Shown here: piece after piece, positions 25,839-34,803 of the stretch
Numbering within the stretch: the first letter of the stretch is position 1
Layout of the letters: the number at the start of each line of letters is the position of its first letter
NCBI GenBank assembly: GCA_035533095.1
Contig: DATLUM010000012.1
Span: 61 to 64,060 of the forward strand
Reading direction: 5' to 3'
Source of the DNA: Acidimicrobiales bacterium
GTDB taxonomy: Bacteria > Actinomycetota > Acidimicrobiia > Acidimicrobiales > Palsa-688
Length of the DNA: 64,000 nt
Notes under the pieces: model-generated
Databases searched by the model: none
What the model was told of the DNA's origin: nothing
Seen by the model: only the letters and a program-made list of their open reading frames with translations
Made by a program: the position numbers and the translations under genes

Positions 25839-28120
25839 TTCTGGGGTCCGCACTGGCCTTACTGGCTGCCGGTGCCATCGCGCATGCCGCCGGAGCACCC
25901 GGCCCGGGCGACGACATCTGGATGGCTGCCGGAGCCGTCGGCGCCGCCGACGCTCTGTGGGCGATGGTGAGTGGTCTGCGAGCCGGCCGTTTGGGCGTCG
26001 ATGTGATCGCGCTGTTGGCCGTCACCGGCGCCTTGGCTGTCGGCGAATACCTGGCGTCCGGCGTGATCGGTGTGATGGTCACCAGCGGCCGCTTCCTCGA
26101 GGACTGGGCAGAGGGTCGTGCTCGTCGTGATCTGCGCGCCCTCGCCGACCGGGCACCCCGGAGCGCTCACCGTTACGAAAACGGGGGGTTACGGACCGTC
26201 GAAGCGGGCCTCGTGCGTCCGGGAGATCGGCTGATGGTCCGCTCAGGAGAACTGGTCCCGGCTGACGGCAATCTCCTGTCCAGTGCGGTCCTGGACGAGT
26301 CGAACTTGACGGGAGAGTCGAGGCCGGTGGAGCGAGCATCCGGCGAACCCGTACGCAGCGGGGTGGTCAACGTCTCCTCTCCTTTCGACCTTGCGGTGAC
26401 AGCAAGGGCGTCCGAGAGCGCTTATGCCTCCATAGTCAGACTTGTATCCGCAGCCGAGTCTTCTCGCGCTCCTTTCGTCCGCCTTGCGGACCGCTATGCG
26501 AATTGGTTCCTCGGGCTCAGCCTGCTCGCCGGGGGCGCTGCGTGGATGGTCGCCGGGGCGGAGCGAGCTGTGGCGGTCCTGGTAGTCGCAACGCCGTGCC
26601 CGCTGATTCTCGCTGCACCCATAGCTCTGGTTGCCGGGCTGTCACGCGCGGCGCGGCGTGGCGTCGTGATCAAAGGCGGAGGGGTACTCGAGCGGCTGGC
26701 GCGCTGCACCACCCTCCTCATCGACAAGACCGGGACCTTGACGAGTGGGCATCCGGTGCTGGTGGACGTCGTCACGGCGGGGTCCATGGATCGCGACCAG
26801 GTGTTGGGCATGGCGGGATCCCTGGATCAGGTATCGGCACACGTGCTCGCCCACGCTGTCGTCCAAGCGGCCAGGGAGCGAGGTATGGACCTGGTGATCC
26901 CGAGCCGGGTCGAGGAAGTGCCGGGCAGGGGCATTAGAGGCGACGTCGGCGGGAAGCAGGTTTCCTTGGGAAAGGCCAATTGGGTCGGTCTGACGGGCAA
27001 TCCGTCGTGGGTGAGGTCGGCCCGCCGGCGGGCAAGGCTGGATGGGTCGATAACGGTATTCGTATCGGTCGACGACCAACCTGCTGGAGTCCTGCTCCTC
27101 GAGGACCCCGTACGCGTCGATGCCACCAGAACCATCCGGTCGTTGCGGCACAGCGGCATCAGCCGGATAGTCATGGTGACCGGCGATCGGGCCGAGGTGG
27201 CTGAAAGCGTTGGGGCCGCAATCGGAGTCGACGAGGTTCTCGCCGACCGAGCTCCGGAGGACAAGCTTGACGCTGTTCGCTTGGAGAGGCGGAATGCACC
27301 GACGATGATGGTTGGTGACGGGATCAATGACGCGCCTGCCCTGGCGCTGGCCGATGTCGGGGTAGCGATGGGATCGCGTGGTGCGACCGCTTCGTCGGAG
27401 GCAGCCGACGTGGTGCTGACCGTGGACCGGATCGACCGTTTGGGTGAAGCCCGGCACATCGCCCACAGGTCGCGAGTTCTCGCTATCCAGAGCGTCGTCG
27501 CCGGGATGGTGATGTCCCTGGTCGCCATGGGAGTCGCCGCCATGGGGTTTCTGCCGGCGGTGTGGGGTGCCTTTCTCCAAGAAGGCATCGATGTCGCCGT
27601 CATTCTCAACGCTCTCAGGTCAATGGCTCCGGCCAAGTCGGAAATCGTTCTGAACTCCGAAGACAGCCTCTTGACCCGGCGCTTCCGCGATGAACACGTA
27701 CAGATTCGGGAGTCGATAGATCGGGTCCGGTCGATAGCTGACTCTCTCGGCGACATCGGAGCCGATGAGATTCGCGACAGGGTCCGCGAGGCATACCGCC
27801 TGCTCAGCGAGACGGTTTGGCCCCACGAGGCGGCAGAACAGGAGATCCTGTATCCAGCTCTCGAGCGCATCCTCGGAGGGAGCGATCCGACCGGTCCCAT
27901 GAGCCGAGCACACATTGAAATCGCCCACCAGATCCGCCGGCTCGGACGGCTGATCGATGAGATCGGCGCTGACGCGCCCGATGGACAGGAGGTAGAAGAG
28001 ATCAGAATCCTCCTTTACGGGTTGTACGCGATCCTGCGGCTGCACACCAGCCAGGAAGACGAGAGCTACCTGTCGCTCGCGGATGACACCGAGCTGCTGA
28101 GCGCGGGAAGTCGCGAATAG
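25796..28120 (+). CDS. P1B-5-type heavy-metal P-type ATPase with a C-terminal hemerythrin-like domain
   Basis: TPCP in the TM helix (VVATPCPLILAAP), DKTGTLT, GDGINDAPAL and QEGID in the last TM. No N-terminal HMA domain. The C-terminal ~150 aa carry H/E motifs (WPHEAAEQEILYP, HIEIAHQ, LHTSQEDE). Confidence 0.85.
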   Translation: MRGDSMSTGRPSSLILGSALALLAAGAIAHAAGAPGPGDDIWMAAGAVGAADALWAMVSGLRAGRLGVDVIALLAVTGALAVGEYLASGVIGVMVTSGRFLEDWAEGRARRDLRALADRAPRSAHRYENGGLRTVEAGLVRPGDRLMVRSGELVPADGNLLSSAVLDESNLTGESRPVERASGEPVRSGVVNVSSPFDLAVTARASESAYASIVRLVSAAESSRAPFVRLADRYANWFLGLSLLAGGAAWMVAGAERAVAVLVVATPCPLILAAPIALVAGLSRAARRGVVIKGGGVLERLARCTTLLIDKTGTLTSGHPVLVDVVTAGSMDRDQVLGMAGSLDQVSAHVLAHAVVQAARERGMDLVIPSRVEEVPGRGIRGDVGGKQVSLGKANWVGLTGNPSWVRSARRRARLDGSITVFVSVDDQPAGVLLLEDPVRVDATRTIRSLRHSGISRIVMVTGDRAEVAESVGAAIGVDEVLADRAPEDKLDAVRLERRNAPTMMVGDGINDAPALALADVGVAMGSRGATASSEAADVVLTVDRIDRLGEARHIAHRSRVLAIQSVVAGMVMSLVAMGVAAMGFLPAVWGAFLQEGIDVAVILNALRSMAPAKSEIVLNSEDSLLTRRFRDEHVQIRESIDRVRSIADSLGDIGADEIRDRVREAYRLLSETVWPHEAAEQEILYPALERILGGSDPTGPMSRAHIEIAHQIRRLGRLIDEIGADAPDGQEVEEIRILLYGLYAILRLHTSQEDESYLSLADDTELLSAGSRE

Positions 28121-28196
28121 GCCGTTCGACTCTGCGGACGGCCGCCTCCGGCGCCCCACAGTGAGGTAGAAGACCGACAGTTGAGAGGAGGATGAG

Positions 28197-28661
28197 TTGC
28201 CAGACCGTGCAACCATCGAGGAGTTCCTGACACAGCGCCATGTCGCGTTCGTGGGAGTGTCAAGGGATACAAAGCAGTTCTCGAACGCCGTTTACCGCAA
28301 ACTGAGAGAAAGCGGGATCACGCTCTATCCGGTCAACCCCTCCGCGGGCGGGGTACCGCTGGAGGGCGACGTCTCTTACTCCACGCTCGCGGATGTGCCC
28401 GATCCAGTCGACGGCGCCTTCGTCATGGTCCCGTCTTCAGCCGCTGCGGCGGTGGTACGCGACGCGATCGACCGCGGCATCCGGAGAGTCTGGCTGCATC
28501 GCGGCGCCGGCCAGGGTTCCGTGTCCGATGAGGCGGTGGAGATCTGCCGGGCGAACGGTGCCCGGGTTGTCGACGGAGCCTGCCCACTCATGTTCCTGGA
28601 ACCCGTGCGGGGGATCCATCGCGTCCACCGTTTGATATCGGGCCGGCGCATAGCTGCGTGA
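28197..28661 (+). CDS. CoA-binding domain protein (YccU-like)
   Basis: VAFVGVSRDTKQFSNAVYRKLRESGITLYPVNP is typical of CoA_binding_2. GAGGAGG upstream. Confidence 0.8.
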   Translation: MPDRATIEEFLTQRHVAFVGVSRDTKQFSNAVYRKLRESGITLYPVNPSAGGVPLEGDVSYSTLADVPDPVDGAFVMVPSSAAAAVVRDAIDRGIRRVWLHRGAGQGSVSDEAVEICRANGARVVDGACPLMFLEPVRGIHRVHRLISGRRIAA

Positions 28662-28678
28662 CGGCGGACGGACCGCTG

Positions 28679-31054
28679 TCACGGCTCTGGGCGGGTGAGC
28701 TTCCGCATTTGCGGGGTACGGCTCAAGAGGTCGATGAGCAGGGCGGCGGCCGCTCCGAACGCCAGGGCCTGAAGCGTGACCTCCGAGCCGGGGCGGTGGT
28801 CCAGCGAGAAGAATGCGTTGACCCCGGGCGTGAGATACGCGCCTACGAACAATGCAGCCATCCCGGTTACGAGCGCGACGCGGGCCAACGTCCAGGGCCT
28901 CGCGACGATTGCCAGAATCCAGAGGGTCACCACAACGGTGACGATGATCGCTGACGTTCTGGCGGCGTCGCCGGGCAGGCCCTCCGCTCGGGCTCCTGCG
29001 TATGTCAGCAGTACCGCCACCGCGGTGAGGCTCCCGGCGAGCAGCGCGAACGCCAGGACGCGGCGAAGGAATCCTTCGGTGAACCGGCGAGTGTTCGGGG
29101 CGAGGGCCAGGAAGAACCCCGGTATACCGATACCCACGGCGCTGATCAGGGTGAGGTGCCTCGGCAGGAACGGATAGGGCCACCCGGTTATCGAAACGGC
29201 TACCGACAGGACCAGCGAGTAGACGTTCTTCACCAGGAACAGTGCAGCCACCAGCTCGATGTTCGCCAGCACGCGCCGTCCCTCGCCCACGACGGCCGGC
29301 AACACGTCGAAATTGTCGTCAAGGATCACCAACTGGGCGACGCCCCGTGTGATCGCCGAACCGGACCCCATCGCGACGCCGAGGTCCGCTTCTTTGAGAG
29401 CGAGGACGTCGTTGACACCGTCGCCGGTCATGGCGACGGTGTGACCATGGGCCTGCAGCGCCAGGACCATGTCGCGCTTCTGATCGGGGGTGACCCGCCC
29501 GAACGCCCGGTTCTGCTCCACTGCCTCGCCGAACAGTTCGTCGTCACCGGGGAGCCCGCGCGCGTCCACGGCCCGGTCGGCCCCGGGGAGCCCGGCTCGA
29601 TCCGCCACACTGCGTACCGTCGCCGCACTGTCACCTGATATGACCCGGACCGTCACGTCGTGTTCGGCGAAATAGGCCAGCGTGGCGGCCACCTCAGGAC
29701 GGACCCGCTCGCGCAGTTCGACGAGCGCCACGATGCTCAGGTCACGAGGTAGTTCGGTCCCCTGCAGAGGAGCATCACCTCTCGCGAGGACCAGGACCCT
29801 CGCGCCACGCTCGGCTATGACTACTGCCTTGGCGAGGAGTTGGGACGGATCAGCCGCAGGGATGACCTCGGGTGCTCCGATGACCCAGGTGCCGTGACCC
29901 GCGAAGGTCGCTCCGCTCCACTTGCGGGCCGAGCTGAAGGGAACCTGCGCGATCGGGACCCACTCTTGTTCCGAGGTGACGGCCGCCCGAATGGCCAGCA
30001 TGGTGGCGTTGGCCTCCCTGGACGACGACAGGGATGCCAGGGCGGCTTGGATGTCGGGCCGCCATTGGCTGCCGGTCTCCTCATCCCACTCCATCCGGGC
30101 GAAGGAGATCCCGCCTTCGGTCAAGGTTCCAGTCTTGTCCACGCACAGCGCGTCGACCCGGGCAAGGGTCTCCACGGCCGGCATCTCCTGCACGAGCACG
30201 TTCTGGCGCCCGAGTCGGAGCGCGGCGGCGAGAAAGGCCAGGGTCGTCAGGAGTACCAGCCCTTCGGGGATCATCCCCACGAGACCGGCGACAGCCAGGC
30301 GGATGGCGACCCTCCACGGTTCGGACTGCAGCTCTCTCACGATCAGAATCGGAGCGATCACGACCATCAACCAGGTCAGCCATCTGAGCACCTGGTTGAT
30401 CCCCCGCATCAGCTCCGATCGAGCGAGGCTGAAGCGCCGAGCTTCGGCCGCCAGCCGGTTCGCATAGGCGTCGTCGCCCGCCCTCGTCACCCTCGCCCTG
30501 AGCGTGCCCGACACCAGCCAGGACCCTGACAGCAGCTGGTCTCCGGGCTGCTTGACCACGGGCTCGGACTCCCCGGTAGCCAAGGACTCATCCACCTCCC
30601 CGCCATAAGCAACCACGGTGGCGTCGGCCAACAGCTGGTCACCCGGCCGGAGCTCCAGGAGATCGTCGACCACCACCTCCTGGGGAGCGACGGTTACCAC
30701 CTTGCTGTCGCGTAGCACCCTGGCCGTCGGAGCGCTGAGGACGGCCAAAGCGTCAAGAGCACGCTTGGCTCGCGTTTCTTGCACCACCCCGACCAACGTG
30801 TTGATCAGTGCGATTGCCAGGAAGGTCGCATCCGGAGCGGATCCGGTGACGAGGGTTGCGCCACCCAGTATCAACAGAAGGAAGTTGAGGCGGGTGAGCG
30901 CGTTGCGGCGCAGAATCTCGACCCACGACTGCGATGTCTGATTCGCGAATCTGTCGGGTTTCCGCTGGATCCTGGCTTCAACGTCAGAAGCGGACAGACC
31001 ACTTTCCAGCCAGCCTGCCGGCAGAGCGGCGGCGAACGTGTCCGCCGATGTCAG
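28679..31054 (-). CDS. P2-type cation-transporting P-type ATPase (CtpF-like)
   Basis: DKTGTLT, TGDGVNDVLALKEADLGVAMG. The ORF track starts at TTG 30874, but an N-terminal Cation_ATPase_N-like sequence (GLSASDVEARIQRKPDRFANQTSQSWVEILRRNALTRLNFLL) continues in frame up to the USP stop. The only candidate start there is CTG 31054..31052. Confidence 0.85.
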   Translation of the reverse strand: MTSADTFAAALPAGWLESGLSASDVEARIQRKPDRFANQTSQSWVEILRRNALTRLNFLLLILGGATLVTGSAPDATFLAIALINTLVGVVQETRAKRALDALAVLSAPTARVLRDSKVVTVAPQEVVVDDLLELRPGDQLLADATVVAYGGEVDESLATGESEPVVKQPGDQLLSGSWLVSGTLRARVTRAGDDAYANRLAAEARRFSLARSELMRGINQVLRWLTWLMVVIAPILIVRELQSEPWRVAIRLAVAGLVGMIPEGLVLLTTLAFLAAALRLGRQNVLVQEMPAVETLARVDALCVDKTGTLTEGGISFARMEWDEETGSQWRPDIQAALASLSSSREANATMLAIRAAVTSEQEWVPIAQVPFSSARKWSGATFAGHGTWVIGAPEVIPAADPSQLLAKAVVIAERGARVLVLARGDAPLQGTELPRDLSIVALVELRERVRPEVAATLAYFAEHDVTVRVISGDSAATVRSVADRAGLPGADRAVDARGLPGDDELFGEAVEQNRAFGRVTPDQKRDMVLALQAHGHTVAMTGDGVNDVLALKEADLGVAMGSGSAITRGVAQLVILDDNFDVLPAVVGEGRRVLANIELVAALFLVKNVYSLVLSVAVSITGWPYPFLPRHLTLISAVGIGIPGFFLALAPNTRRFTEGFLRRVLAFALLAGSLTAVAVLLTYAGARAEGLPGDAARTSAIIVTVVVTLWILAIVARPWTLARVALVTGMAALFVGAYLTPGVNAFFSLDHRPGSEVTLQALAFGAAAALLIDLLSRTPQMRKLTRPEP

Positions 31055-31656
31055 TCGGGATCACCAGCCCCTGGACGGTGCCCACCCGCCGCGACCGGTC
31101 CGTCGGTGTCCGCGTCCGCAGGTCCCGCCAGCCGCGTGATTGAGGGCACGATGACCACGGGGCACTTCGCACGGAGCGCGCACTCGGCGCTGACGGAGCC
31201 GAGAGCCAGATGCTTGAACCCGCCGGCCCCGCTCGACCCGACGACCAGCAACTCCGCGTCCTCGCTCGCGTCGACGAGAGCATCACCGGCGGGAGGCTCG
31301 CACAACCTAGCGTCCACGACCACGGATGGCTCCAACGATCTTGCCCGCGCTGCCGCTTCGTCGAGGATCGCTCGCTCGCTTCGGAGCACTCCCGGCCCGA
31401 AGAGTTCCATGACCTCGTGCCGGAAGACGTCGACGTGCACTATTTGCAGCACGGCGGCCCTGACCCGTGCCTCGGCGGCAGCCCATGCCAGGGCGCGCAT
31501 CGACTCGGGGGAACCGTCCACTCCGACGACGACCCGGGGCGCCGGCAGGTCCTCCGCCTCGAGTTCCTCCACCACCGCTTCGTCGAGGCGCGCCCCACGC
31601 GGTGCGCCGGGCGTCCTACGGTTCGGTCGATCATGGCGTCGCATGTGCACAGTCAA
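31051..31656 (-). CDS. universal stress protein
   Basis: VVVGVDGSPESMRALAWAA...LLVVGSSGAGGF...GSVSAECALRAKCPVVIVP. Confidence 0.85.
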   Translation of the reverse strand: MTVHMRRHDRPNRRTPGAPRGARLDEAVVEELEAEDLPAPRVVVGVDGSPESMRALAWAAAEARVRAAVLQIVHVDVFRHEVMELFGPGVLRSERAILDEAAARARSLEPSVVVDARLCEPPAGDALVDASEDAELLVVGSSGAGGFKHLALGSVSAECALRAKCPVVIVPSITRLAGPADADTDGPVAAGGHRPGAGDPD

Positions 31657-31680
31657 TACTCGGAGGCTCGGGATCGATCA

Positions 31681-31694
31681 GGGTCTAAGGTCAC
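31681..31694. promoter_or_regulatory. DosR-box-like palindrome, 1 mismatch: GGGTCTAAGGTCAC
   Basis: In the divergent gap between the USP/ATPase operon (start 31656) and the ADH (start 31748). Confidence 0.4.
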
Positions 31695-31696
31695 CT

Positions 31697-31747
31697 CTGA
31701 ACAGGTTCGCAGAATTACCTGCCCGCCAATGGCGCGAACCTGTTCAG
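31697..31747. promoter_or_regulatory. 14-bp perfect inverted repeat CTGAACAGGTTCGC-N23-GCGAACCTGTTCAG ending 1 nt before the ADH GTG start
   Basis: Arms at 31697-31710 and 31734-31747 are exact reverse complements. No SD is visible between the repeat and the start codon. Confidence 0.5.
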
Positions 31748-32758
31748 GTGCAAGCTTGGATCGTCGAGCGACCATCACCCGTCGATGAGGGTCCCCTCAG
31801 GCTCGTGGAACGAGCGGTGCCTGTGCCCGGCCCCGGACAGATGCGGGTGCGGGTCCGAGCCTGTGGAGTCTGCCGGACGGACCTCCATCTGGCCGAAGGA
31901 GACCTGCCTCCGCGTCATCGGGGCGTGGTGCCGGGCCACGAGATCGTAGGTGTCGTCGATCGTCTGGGCGAGGGGGCCGGCAGATTCGCGGAAGGGGATC
32001 GGGTCGGGATCGCGTGGCTGCGCGGGACGTGCGGTCGGTGCCGGTTCTGCCGGGCGGGCAGCGAGAACCTGTGCATCCAGCCGAGTTTCACCGGTTGGGA
32101 CGCCGATGGAGGGTTCGCCGAGTACGCCGTCGTCGATGAGCGGTATGCCTACCGCCTGCCCGATGACTTCTCCGATACCGATGTGGCGCCGCTCCTGTGC
32201 GCCGGCATCATCGGCTACCGCGCGTTGAGGCGTACGAACCTCCCACGCTTCGGGCGCCTCGGGATCTACGGCTTCGGTGCGTCGGCGCATCTGGCAGCGC
32301 AGATCGCCATTCGGGAAGGTGCGACCGTGCACGTCCTGACCCGGTCGCAAGACGCACGGCAGCTCGCTCTCGAACTCGGCGCTGCATCCGTCGGCGACGC
32401 CACGGACAGCCCTCCCGAGCCCCTTGACGCCGCCATCCTGTTCGCCCCGGTGGGCACCCTGGTGCCCGTGGGGCTCAGCGCGCTCGATCGTGGGGGGACT
32501 CTCGTGGTGGCCGGGATTCACCTGACCGACATCCCCAGCCTCTCCTACGAACGCCATCTCTTCGAGGAGCGGACTCTCACGAGTGTCACGGCCAACACCA
32601 GGTCCGACGGAGAGGAGCTGCTCCTCGCCGCTGGACGCCTGCACATCGACGTCACCACGACCCCCTACCCGTTTGCGGAGGCCGACCGGGCACTGTCCGA
32701 CCTCGCGCACGACCGGGTTCGCGGTGCCGCGGTGATTGTCGTGGAAGGCGCAGCATGA
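31748..32758 (+). CDS. zinc-dependent alcohol dehydrogenase (MDR family)
   Basis: ACGVCRTDLH, GHEIVG, CGRCRFCRAGSENLC structural-zinc motif. GTG 31748 gives the typical MQAWIV... N-terminus. The long upstream ORF extension is not protein-like. Confidence 0.9.
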   Translation: MQAWIVERPSPVDEGPLRLVERAVPVPGPGQMRVRVRACGVCRTDLHLAEGDLPPRHRGVVPGHEIVGVVDRLGEGAGRFAEGDRVGIAWLRGTCGRCRFCRAGSENLCIQPSFTGWDADGGFAEYAVVDERYAYRLPDDFSDTDVAPLLCAGIIGYRALRRTNLPRFGRLGIYGFGASAHLAAQIAIREGATVHVLTRSQDARQLALELGAASVGDATDSPPEPLDAAILFAPVGTLVPVGLSALDRGGTLVVAGIHLTDIPSLSYERHLFEERTLTSVTANTRSDGEELLLAAGRLHIDVTTTPYPFAEADRALSDLAHDRVRGAAVIVVEGAA

Positions 32759-32803
32759 GGCTCCGCACCGATGGGAACGCAGGGACGGTCGTTGCGCAGG
32801 CGC

Positions 32804-33058
32804 TCAGTAGACCCACACCGCTGTCCCCAGCGGCGCCAGGTTCTGCGCCCAGATCCAGTCGATCGCTTCGTTGCCCACCCGCACGCACCCGTGAGACACC
32901 GGGACGGGCGGCACGTACGAGTCGCCGTGGATGGCGAACCCGGAGTTGAAGAACTTCGGTCTCCACAGTTCGCCCAAGGCAGACACGACCAGCCCGTGAA
33001 GCTCTCCTGGTGGACTGACGGTGGTGTTCGTCGCAACGTGGGACCTTCGGCCCTTATC
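32804..33058 (-). pseudogene. C-terminal remnant of an L,D-transpeptidase (YkuD) catalytic domain
   Basis: FAIHGDSYVPPVPVSHGCVRVGNEAIDWIW contains the HG...SHGC(V/I)R active-site motif. The open frame starts right after a TGA and covers only ~84 aa, with no signal peptide or N-terminal part. Confidence 0.6.
33040..33053. promoter_or_regulatory. DosR-box-like palindrome GGGACCTTCGGCCC
   Basis: Exact reverse complement of the box at 25421. 62 nt upstream of the DUF1918 start. Confidence 0.5.
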
Positions 33059-33114
33059 TCAGGCGTTGCGGTTTGGGATCCTGGGATGTAGTGATCGCAC
33101 GAGGGAGGTTTGCC

Positions 33115-33315
33115 GTGCAGGCAAGCGTCGGAGATCGGATTGTCATCAAGGGCCACCACATCGGGGAGCCAGATCGGGACTGCGAGGTACTCGAGGCGCG
33201 GGGAGCGGATGGAGGACCCCCCTATCTGGTGCGCTGGGGCGACTCAGGCCACGAGGGGTTGTACTTCCCCGGATCGGACGCTTCGGTTCAGCATTTCGAG
33301 CACCACGGCGCCTGA
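33115..33315 (+). CDS. DUF1918 domain protein
   Basis: ASVGDRIVIKGHHIGEPDRDCEVLEARGADGGPPYLVRWGDSGHEGLYFPGSDA. GTG 33115 preceded by GAGGGAGG. Confidence 0.8.
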   Translation: MQASVGDRIVIKGHHIGEPDRDCEVLEARGADGGPPYLVRWGDSGHEGLYFPGSDASVQHFEHHGA

Positions 33316-33358
33316 TCCCGAAAGGAAGGCCCTGCGGGTGACGAGGTGAGACCGTTGA

Positions 33359-33847
33359 TCAGCCGGATACGTGCCGGATTCGCCGGCCCGTCGCCGCCCG
33401 CTCGGTCCAATCGCACAGATCGTTGATCTCGTCGGCACCGACGAGGTCGCGGCTGACCAGGCTCGTCAGCAGTGCTTCAGCAGGGCCGACGAGTTGAGGA
33501 TCGATCTCCCGGGCGATGGACCAGACATCGAGCAGGCAGTTCCTCACGTGGGTCGCCCCGGCTATGTGCTCGTCGCGTACGAACGATCGCAGTTCGTCGA
33601 GAGCCTGGATGAGCGCATGAAGACGATAATCGGGCTCAGGTGACCGACGGGTGGCCCCGTCCCCCTCGACGAGCAACTCGTTTATCTGCGCCCAGTCCCT
33701 GTCATCCAGGGCGGGGTGGCGCCCCAGCCCCCGGGCTTCGACGGCGGACATGTTGTCCACATGAGTGCTGGGGTGTTGCTCCCGTGCGAGCCGCCGCAGG
33801 GCATCTCGAGCGGCTTCGGACGAGCCCTTTCTCCTGAAGAGTGCCAT
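33359..33847 (-). CDS. hypothetical helical protein
   Basis: 162-aa ORF with coding-like composition. No recognised domain. Confidence 0.55.
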   Translation of the reverse strand: MALFRRKGSSEAARDALRRLAREQHPSTHVDNMSAVEARGLGRHPALDDRDWAQINELLVEGDGATRRSPEPDYRLHALIQALDELRSFVRDEHIAGATHVRNCLLDVWSIAREIDPQLVGPAEALLTSLVSRDLVGADEINDLCDWTERAATGRRIRHVSG

Positions 33848-33882
33848 GCGACAAGCATCCGCGATCGCGGAACCCGGCGGCA

Positions 33883-33896
33883 GGGTCTAAAGGCCC
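33883..33896. promoter_or_regulatory. DosR-box-like palindrome GGGTCTAAAGGCCC
   Basis: Fits GGGNC-NWWN-GNCCC. 36 nt upstream of the start at 33847 (minus), in the divergent gap with the CBS-BON gene. Confidence 0.5.
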
Positions 33897-33969
33897 CTCG
33901 AGCTCAGTCGTATGTCCCGATCGCTGCGGTTGCTGCGACGCTCTCTTCCGGCGATCGGTCCTGGCCAAA

Positions 33970-33983
33970 GGGACCTCTGGCCC
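33970..33983. promoter_or_regulatory. DosR-box-like palindrome GGGACCTCTGGCCC (centre TC)
   Basis: Both half-sites are perfect. 71 nt upstream of the CBS-BON start at 34054. Confidence 0.45.
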
Positions 33984-34053
33984 TGCATGCCGAGCCGGCA
34001 AGCGATGCACGATTGACCTGGAGAAGCCCTACACGTGAGACAAGGAGAGGCAC

Positions 34054-34794
34054 ATGAGCCAGTGTCACGACACATACGAGGATCTTCGTGGCGTGACGGC
34101 AAGCCTGCCTGTCCGAGCCACCGATCTCATGACACCGAATCCTGTCGTGGTCGAACCCACCGCCACGGTGAAAGACATCGCCCAAGCGATGCTCCACCAC
34201 GATGTCCGCACGGTTCCGGTGATCGACGTCGGCGACCGGCTGGTCGGCGTGGTCAGCGAAGCCGACCTGATCTGCCGGGAGGGATACCCGACGGTCCGTC
34301 ACCACAACCTGGCGGCATTCGTCGCAGGTCTGCCTCCAGACGATGCCGGGCGCTGGACCGTTCGTTCCGAGGGTCTGACCGCCGAGGAGGTCATGACCAC
34401 CGGCGTGGTCACCTGCCAGGCGGACGAGCCCGTCGGTGCGGTAGCCAGGCGGATGCTCGAGCGGGACGTCCGGACGGTGCCGGTGATCGACCAGAGTCGG
34501 CTCGTGGGCGTGCTGTCCCGCCACGACATCCTTCGAATGTTCGTACGCCCGGACGGCGAGGTCCGGCAGCACATCTCCCGGATTCTGGACACTCCGGCGT
34601 GGGGTCCCGGCCACGATGTCAGCGCCGAGGTGCGTGACGGCGTGGTCGTCCTGTCGGGGACGGTGGAACATCCAGTGGACGCATCGGTGATCTGCAGTGT
34701 TGTCGGACAGGTCCCCGGCGTGATCGAGGTCGTGGACCGCATCATCGCCGAAGCCGAACTCGATCGACTTGCGCTGGGCCGTTCGAGTGACTGA
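34054..34794 (+). CDS. CBS pair plus BON domain protein
   Basis: Two CBS repeats (VVVEPTATVKDIAQAMLHHDVRTVPVID...GVVSEADL; VVTCQADEPVGAVARRMLERDVRTVPVID...GVLSRHDIL), then BON (VRDGVVVLSGTVEHPVDASVICSVVGQVPGVIEVVDRI). Confidence 0.85.
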   Translation: MSQCHDTYEDLRGVTASLPVRATDLMTPNPVVVEPTATVKDIAQAMLHHDVRTVPVIDVGDRLVGVVSEADLICREGYPTVRHHNLAAFVAGLPPDDAGRWTVRSEGLTAEEVMTTGVVTCQADEPVGAVARRMLERDVRTVPVIDQSRLVGVLSRHDILRMFVRPDGEVRQHISRILDTPAWGPGHDVSAEVRDGVVVLSGTVEHPVDASVICSVVGQVPGVIEVVDRIIAEAELDRLALGRSSD

Positions 34795-34803
34795 TCGAAT
34801 CGA

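Noticed and set aside
28119-28136. AGGCCGTTCGACTC after the P1B-5 ATPase stop, considered as a box upstream of the CoA-binding gene.
   Set aside because: It has one mismatch in each half-site, which is too degenerate to count. It also forms part of a possible terminator-like hairpin (GCCGT...ACGGC).
30779-31747. Long N-terminal extensions of real genes in the ORF track: the ADH at 30779; also 4817-5272, 6641-6880, 7708-8133, 44370-44525, 54357-54512, 58356-58607, 24862-25128 and 25386-25898.
   Set aside because: The extensions are not protein-like and overlap other genes. Internal starts with SD-like sequences give canonical N-termini.
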